NCBI GenBank assembly: GCA_964016885.1 | Contig: OZ024744.1 | Location: 65,038,001 to 65,102,000 of the forward strand | Length of the DNA stretch: 64,000 nt | Source: Eledone cirrhosa | Lineage: Eukaryota | Direction of reading: 5' to 3' | In this document: positions 54,101-64,000 of the stretch, in pieces | How the letters are laid out: each line of letters opens with the position of its first letter | Numbering within the stretch: position 1 is the first letter of the stretch | The notes under the pieces: generated by a model | Seen by the model: only the letters and a program-made list of their open reading frames with translations | Told to the model about the DNA's origin: nothing | Databases searched by the model: none | Translations under genes and position numbers: made by a program

Positions 54101-57100
54101 TACTAACACACTACACCACCACACAACATATCATGATACTACAACACTACATCACCTCCCAACATGTCATGATACTACCACACTACACTACTACACAACA
54201 TGTCATGATACTGCCACACTACACCACCACACAACATATCATGATACTACCACACTACACCACACAACATGTCATGATACTACCACACTACACCACCACA
54301 CAACATGTCATGATACTACCACACTACACCACCTCCCAACATGTCATGATACTACCACACTACACTATCTCACAACATGTCATGAGACTACCACACTACA
54401 CTACCTCACAACATGTCATGATACTACCACACTACACCTCACAACATGTCATGATACTACCATACCACACCACCTCACAACATGTCATGATACTACCACA
54501 GTACACCACACAACATGTCATGATACTACCACACGACACCACCTCCCAACATGTCATGATACTACCACACTACACCACCACACAACATGTCATGATACTA
54601 CCACACTACACAACATGTCATGATACTACCACACTACACCACCTCCCAACATGTCATGATACTACCACACTACACCACGACACAACATATCATGATACTA
54701 CCACACTACACCACCTCCCAACATGTCATGAGACTACCACACTACATCACCTCCGATCATGTCATGATACTACCACACTACACCACACAACATGTCATGA
54801 TACTACCACACTACACCACCTCCCAACATGTCATGATACTACCACACTACACCACCACACAACATATCATGATACTACCACACTACACCACCTCCCAACA
54901 TGTCATGATACTACCACACTACACCACCACACAACATATCATGATACTACGACACTACATCACCTCCCAACATGTCATGATACTACCACACTACACCACC
55001 TCACAACATGTCATGATACTACCACACTACACCACCACACAACATATCATGATACTACCACACTACACCACCACACAACATGTCATGATACTACCACACT
55101 ACACCACCACACAAACATATCATGATACTACCACACTACATCACCTCCCAACATGTCATGATACTACCACACTACACCACCTCCCAACATGTCATGATAC
55201 TACCACACTACACCACCACACAAACATATCATGATACTACCACACTACACCACCTCCCAACATGTCATGATACTACCACACTACACTATCTCACAACATG
55301 TCATTATACTAACACACTACATCACCTCCCAACATGTCATGATACTACCACACTACACCACCTCACAACATGTCATGATACTACCACACTACACCACCTC
55401 CCAACATGTCATGATACTACCACACTACACCACCTCACAACATGTCGTGATAGTACCACACTACATCACACACATGTCATGTTACTACCACACTACACCA
55501 CACAACATGTCATGATACTAGCACACTACACCACCACACAACATGTCATGATACTACCACACTACACTACACCTCACAACATGTCATGATGCTACCACAC
55601 TACAGTACCTCCCAACATGTCATGATACTACCACACTACACTACACCACACAACATGTCATGATACTACCACACTACATCACCACACAACATGTCACGAT
55701 ACTACTGCACTACACGACCTCACAACATGTCATGATACTACCACACTACACTACCTCACAACATGTCATGATACTACCACACTACACCACCTCACAACAT
55801 GTCATGATACAACCACACTACATCACCTCCCAACATGTCATGATACTACCACACTACACCACCACACAACATATCATGATATTACCACACTACACCACCT
55901 CACAACATGTCATGATACTACCACACTACACCACCTCCCAACATGTCATGATACTACCACAATATACCACCTCACAACATGTCATGATACTACAACAAAA
56001 CACCACCTCCCAACATGTGACGATACTACCACACTACACCACCTCACAACATGTCATGATACTACCACACTACACCACCTCCCAACATGTCATGATACTA
56101 CCACACTATACCACCTCCCAACATGTCATGATACTACCACACTACACTATCTCACATGTCATGATACTACCACACTACATAACCTCGCAACATGTCATTA
56201 TACTACCACACTACACCACCTCGCAACATGTCATGATACTACCACACTACACTACCTCACAACATGTCATGATACCACCACACTACACCACCTCACAACA
56301 TGCCATGATACTACCACACTACACCACCTCCCAACATGTCATGATACTACCACACTACACCACAACACAACATATCATGATACTACCTCACTACATCACC
56401 TCCCAACATGTCATGATACTACCACACTACACCACCTCACAACATGTCATGATACTACCACACTACACCACAACACAACATATCATGATACTACCTCACT
56501 ACATCACCTCCCAACATGTCATGATACTACCACACTACATCACCTCGCAACATGTCATGATACTACCACACTATAACACCACACAACATATTATGATACT
56601 ACCACACTACATCACCTCCCAACATGTCATGATACTACCACACTACACTATCTCACAACATGTCATTATACTGACACACTACACCACCACACAACATATC
56701 ATGACACTACAACACTACATCACCTCCCAACATGTCATGATACTACCACACTACACTACCACACAACATGTCATGATACTACCACACTACACCACCTCAC
56801 AACATGTCATGATACTACCACACTACACCACCTCCCAACATGTCATGATACTACCACACTACACCACCTCACAACATGTCGTGATAGTACCACACTACAC
56901 CACACAACATGTCACGATACTACCACACTACACCTCACAACATGTCATGTTACTACCACACTACACCACACAACATGTCATGATACTAGCACACTACACC
57001 ACCACACAACATGTCATGATACTACCACACTACACTACACCTCACAACATGTCATGATGCTACCACACTACAGTACCTCCCAACATGTCATGATACTACC

Positions 57101-60100
57101 ACACTACACTACCACACAACATGTCATGATACTACCACACTACACTACACCACACAACATGTCATGATACTACCACACTACATCACCTCCCAACATGTCA
57201 TGATACTACCACACTACACCACCACACAACATATCATGATACTACCACACTACATCACCTCACAACATGTCATGATACTACCACACTACATCACCTCCCA
57301 ACATGTCATGATACTACCACACTACACCACCACACAACATATCATGATACTACCACACTACATCACCTCCCAACATGTCATGATACTACCACACTACACT
57401 ATATCACAACATGTCATTATACTAACACACTACACCACCACACAACATATCATGATACTACAACACTACATCACCTCCCAACATGTCATGATACTACCAC
57501 ACTACACTACCACACAACATGTCATGATACTGCCACACTACACCACCACACAACATATCATGATACTACCACACTACACCACACAACATGTCATGATACT
57601 ACCACACTACACCACCACACAGCATATCATGATACTACCACACTACATCACCTCCCAACATGTCATGATACTACCACACTACACTACCACACAACATGTC
57701 ATGATACTACCACACTACACCACCTCCCAACATGTCATGATACTACCACACTACACTATCTCACAACATGTCATTATACTAACACACTACACCACCACAC
57801 AACATGTCATTATACTAACACACTACACCACCACACAACGTGTCATGATACTACCACACTACATCACCTCCCAACATGTCACGATACTACCACACTAGAC
57901 CACCTCGCAACATGTCATGATACTACCACACTACACTACCACACAACATGTCATGATACTACCACACTACACTACGACACAACATGACATGATACTACCA
58001 CAATCAACCACACAACATGTCATGAGACTACCACACTACACTACCTCACAACATGTCATGATACTACCAAACTACACCTCACAACATGTCATGATACTAC
58101 CATACTACACCACCTCACAACATGTCATGATACTACCACACTACATCACCTCCGATCATGTCATGATACTACCACACTACACCACACAACATGTCATGAT
58201 ACTACCACACTACACCACCTCCCAACATGTCATGATACTACCACACTACACCACCACACAACATATCATGATACTACCACACTACACCACCTCCCAACAT
58301 GTCATGATACTACCACACTACACCACCACACAACATATCATGATACTACCACACTACATCACCTCCCAACATGTCATGATACTACCACACTACACCACCA
58401 CACAACATATCATGATACTACGACACTACACCACCTCACAACATGTCATGATACTACCACACTACACCACCTCCCAACATGTCATGATACTACCACACTA
58501 CACCACCACACAAAATGTCATGATACTACCACACTACACCACCACACAACATATCATGATACTACCACCCTACACCACCTCCCAACATGTCATGATACTA
58601 CCACACTACACTACCACACAACATGGCATGATACGACCACACTACATCACCTCCCAAGATGTCATGATACTACCACACTACACCACCACACAACATATCA
58701 TGATACTACCACCCTACACCACCTCCCAACATGTCATGATACTACCACACTACACTACCACACAACATGTCATGATACTACCACACTACACCACCTCCCA
58801 ACATGTCATGATACTACCACACTACACCACCTCACAACATGTCATGATACTACCACACTACACCACCTCCCAACATGTCATGATACTACCACACTACACC
58901 AACACCCTAACATGTCATGATACTACCACACTACACTACCTCACAACATGTCATGATATTACCACACTACATCACACAGCATGTCATAATACTACCACAC
59001 TACACCACCTCACAACATGAAATGATACTACCACACTACACCACACAACATGTCATGATACTACCAGACTACACCACACAACATGTCATGATACTACCAC
59101 ACTACACAACCTCACAACATGTCATGATACTACCACACTCAACCACACAACATGTCATGATACTACCACACTACACTACCTCACAACGTGTCATGATACT
59201 ACCACACTACACCTCACAACATGTCATGATACTACCACACAACACCACACAACATGACATGATACTACCACACTACACCACCACACAACATATCATGATA
59301 CTAACACACTACACCACCTCCCAACATGTCATGATACTACCACACTACACCATACAACATGTCATGATACTACCACACTACATCACCTCCCAACATGTCA
59401 TGATACTACCACACTACACCAACACACAACATATCATGATACTACCACACTACACCACCTCACAACATGTCATGATACTACCACACTACACCACCACACA
59501 ACATATCATGATACTACCACACTACATCACCTCCCAACATGTCATGATACTACCACACTACACCACCACACAACATATCATGATACTACCACACTACACC
59601 ACCTCACAACATGTCATGATACTACCACACTACACCACCACACAACATATCATGATACTACCACACTACACCACCTCCCAACATGTCATGAGACTACCAC
59701 ACTACATCACCTCCGATCATGTCATGATACTACCACACTACACCACACAACATGTCATGATACTACCACACTACACCACCTCCCAACATGTCATGATACT
59801 ACCACACTACACCACCACACAACATATCATGATACTACCACACTACACCACCTCCCAACATGTCATGATACTACCACACTACACCACCACACAACATATC
59901 ATGATACTACCACACTACATCACCTCCCAACATGTCATGATACTACCACACTACACCACCACACAACATGTCATGATACTACCACACTACACCACCACAC
60001 AAACATATCATGATACTACCACACTACATCACCTCCCAACATGTCATGATACTACCACACTACACCACCTCACAACATGTCATGATACTACCACACTACA

Positions 60101-63100
60101 CTATCTCACAACATGTCATTATACTAACACACTACATCACCTCCCAACATGTCATGATACTACCACACTACACCACCTCACAACATGTCATGATACTACC
60201 ACACTACACCACCTCCCAACATGTCACGATACTACCACACTACACCACCTCACAACATGTCATGATACTACCACACTACACCACCTCCCAACATGTCATG
60301 ATACTACCACACTACACCACCTCGCAACATGTCATGATACTACCACACTACACTACCACACAACATGTCATGATACTACCACACTACACTACCACACAAC
60401 ATGTCATGATACTACCACAATCAACCACACAACATGTCATGAGACTACCACACTACACTACCTCACAACATGTCATGATACTACCACACTACACCTCACA
60501 ACATGTCATGATACTACCATACTACACCACCTCACAACATGTCATGATACTACCACAGTACACCACACAACATGTCATGATACTACCACACGACACCACC
60601 TCCCAACATGTCATGATACTACCACACTACACCACCACACAACATGTCATGATACTACCACACTACACCACACAACATGTCATGATACTACCACACTACA
60701 CCACCGCCCAACATGTCATGATACTACCACACTACACCACCTCACAACATGTCATGATACTACCACACTACACCACCACACAACATATCATGATACAACC
60801 ACACTACACCACCTCCCAACATGTCATGATACTACCACACTACACCACCACACAACATATCATGATACTACCACACTACATCACCTCCCAACATGTCATG
60901 ATACTACCACACTACACCACCACACATGTCATGATACTACCACACTACACCACCACACAAACAAATCATGATACAACCACACTACATCACCTCCCAACAT
61001 GTCATGATACTACCACACTACACCACCACACATGTCATGATACTACCACACTACACCACCACACAAACAAATCATGATACAACCACACTACACCACCTCC
61101 CAACATGTCATGATACTACCACACTACACCACCACACAAACATATCATGATACTACCACACTACACCACCTCCCAACATATCATGATACTACCACACTAC
61201 ATCACCTCACAACATGTCATTATACTAACACACTACATCACCTCCCAACATGTCATGATACTACCACACTACACCACCTCACAACATGTCATGATACTAC
61301 CACACTACACCACCTCCCAACATGTCATGATACTACCACACTACACCACCTCACAACATGTCGTGATAGTACCACACTACATCACACACATGTCATGTTA
61401 TTACCACACTACACCACACAACATGTCATGGTACTAGCACACTACACCACCACACAACATGTCATGATACTACCACACTACACCACCACACAACATGTCA
61501 TGATGCTACCACACTACACTACCACACAACATATCATGATACTACCACACTACACTACCTCACAACATGTCATGATACTACCACACTACACCACCACACA
61601 ACATGTCATGATACTACCACACTACACCACCACACAACATGTCATGATACTACCACACTACACTACCACACAACATGTCATGATACTACCACACTACACC
61701 ACCACACAACATGTCATGATACTACCACACTACACCACCTCCCAACATGTCATGATACAACCACACTACACCACCTCCCAACATGTCATGATACTACCAC
61801 ACTACACCACCACACAACATATCATGATACTACCACACTACATCACCTCCCAATATGTCATGATACTACCACACTACACCACCACACATGTCATGATACT
61901 ACCACACTACACCACCACACAAACAAATCATGATACAACCAAACTACATCACCTCCCAACATGTCATGATACTACCACACTACACCACCTCCCAACATGT
62001 CATGATACTACCACACTACACCACCACACAAACATATCATGATACTACCACACTACACCACCTCCCAACATGTCATGATACTACCACACTACACTATCTC
62101 ACAACATGTCATTATACAAACACACTACACCACCACACAACATATCATGATAGTACCACACTACACCACCTCCCAACATGTCATGATACTACCACACTAC
62201 ACCACCACACAACATATCATGATACTACCACACTACATCACCTCCCAACATGTCATGATACTACCACACTACACCACCATACATGTCATGATACTACCAC
62301 ACTACACCACCACACAAACATATCATGATACAACCACACTACATCACCTCCCAACATGTCATGATACTACCACACTACACCACCTCCCAACATGTCATGA
62401 TACTACCACACTACACCACCACACAAACATATCATGATACTACCACACTACACCACCTCCCAACATATCATGATACTACCACACTACACTATCTCACAAC
62501 ATGTCATTATACTAACACACTACATCACCTCCCAACATGTCATGATACTACCACACTACACCACCTCACAACATGTCATGATACTACCACACTACACCAC
62601 CTCCCAACATGTCATGATACTACCACACTACACCACCTCACAACATGTCGTGATAGTACCACACTACATCACACACATGTCATGTTACTACCACACTACA
62701 CCACACAACATGTCATGATACTAGCACACTACACCACCACACAACATGTCATGATGCTACCACACTACAGTACCTCCCAACATGTCATGATACTACCACA
62801 CTACACTACCACACAACATGTCATGATACTACCACACTACACTACACCACACAACATGTCATGATACTACCACATTACACCACCTCACAACATGTCATGA
62901 TACTACCACACTACACCACCTCACAACATGTCATGATACTACCACACTACACTACCTCACAACATGTCATGATACTACCACACTACACCACCACACAACA
63001 TGTCATGATACTACCACACTACACCACCACACAACATGCCATAATACTACCACACTACACCACCTCACAACATGTCATGATACTACCACACGACACCACC

Positions 63101-64000
63101 TCCCAACATGTCATGATACTACCACATTACACCACCACACAACATATCATGATACTAACACACTACACCACCTCCCAACATGTCATGATACTACCACACT
63201 ACACCATACAACATGTCATGATACTACCACACTACACCACCTCACAACATGTCATGATACTACAACAGTACACTATCTCACAACATGTCATGATACTACC
63301 GCACTACACCACACAACATATCATGATACTACCACACTACACCACCTCACAACATGTCATGATACTACCACACTACACCACCTCACAACATGTCATGATA
63401 CTACCACACTACATCACCTCCCAACATGTCATGATACTACCACACTACACCACCACACAACATATCATGATACTACCACACTACACCACCTCACAACATG
63501 TCATGATACTACCACACTACACCACCTCCCAACATGTCATGATACTACCACAATATACCACGTCACAACATGTCATGATACTACAACAGCACACCACCTC
63601 CCAACATGTCACGATACTACCACACTACACCACCTCACAACATGTCATGATACTACCACACTACACCTCCTCCCAACATGTCATGATACTACCACACTAC
63701 ACCACCTCCCAACATGTCATGATACTACCACACTACACTATCTCACAACAAGTCATGATACTACCACACTACACCACCACACAACATATCATGATACTAC
63801 CACACTACACCACGACACAACATGTCATGATACTACCACACTACACCACCTCCCAACATGTCATGATACTACCACACTACACTATCTCACAACATGTCAT
63901 GATACTACCACACTACACCACCACACAACATATCATGATACTACCACACTACACCACCTCACAACATGTCATTATACTACTCACTACACCACACAACATG
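48110..64000. repeat. 36/33-bp satellite array (>15.8 kb, roughly 450 units, runs off the window)
   Basis: Consensus CATGTCATGATACTACCACACTACACCACCTC(A/C)CAA; strongly C/A-skewed; diverged units at 47940-48120. Confidence 0.98.

Noticed and set aside
48223-62864. Long HVMILPHYTTSQ-repeat ORFs (up to 817 aa) as a His/Thr-rich protein gene
   Set aside because: A 36/33-bp unit without stops in two frames gives ORFs automatically; frequent frameshifts, no unique N- or C-terminus and no signal peptide.

Overview
Eukaryotic, AT-rich, almost entirely repeat-derived DNA. The SINE types, (TA)n load and RTE families suggest a coleoid cephalopod such as an octopus (inference). I see no confidently identifiable host gene. 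The first ~48 kb is a nest of decayed mobile elements: Penelope-like elements (an RT fragment at 1-1080 and a GIY-YIG endonuclease at ~15.8-16.3 kb), four RTE LINE pieces, several tRNA-derived SINE families, mariner, DD37D, hAT and piggyBac-type remnants, two LTR-like segments, and 48-bp and 92-bp tandem arrays. The last ~15.9 kb is a 36/33-bp satellite whose long 'HVMILPHYTTSQ' ORFs are very likely artefacts. The most striking unannotated structure is a dense set of short, ORF-less, asymmetric fold-back elements sitting mostly in (TA)n tracts. More than a dozen minimal type I hammerhead ribozyme motifs occur in these and related segments, each with a family-specific palindromic stem III, and unrelated families share a sub-terminal TTGAGTRCT motif. 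All calls were made by eye, so coordinates are approximate.
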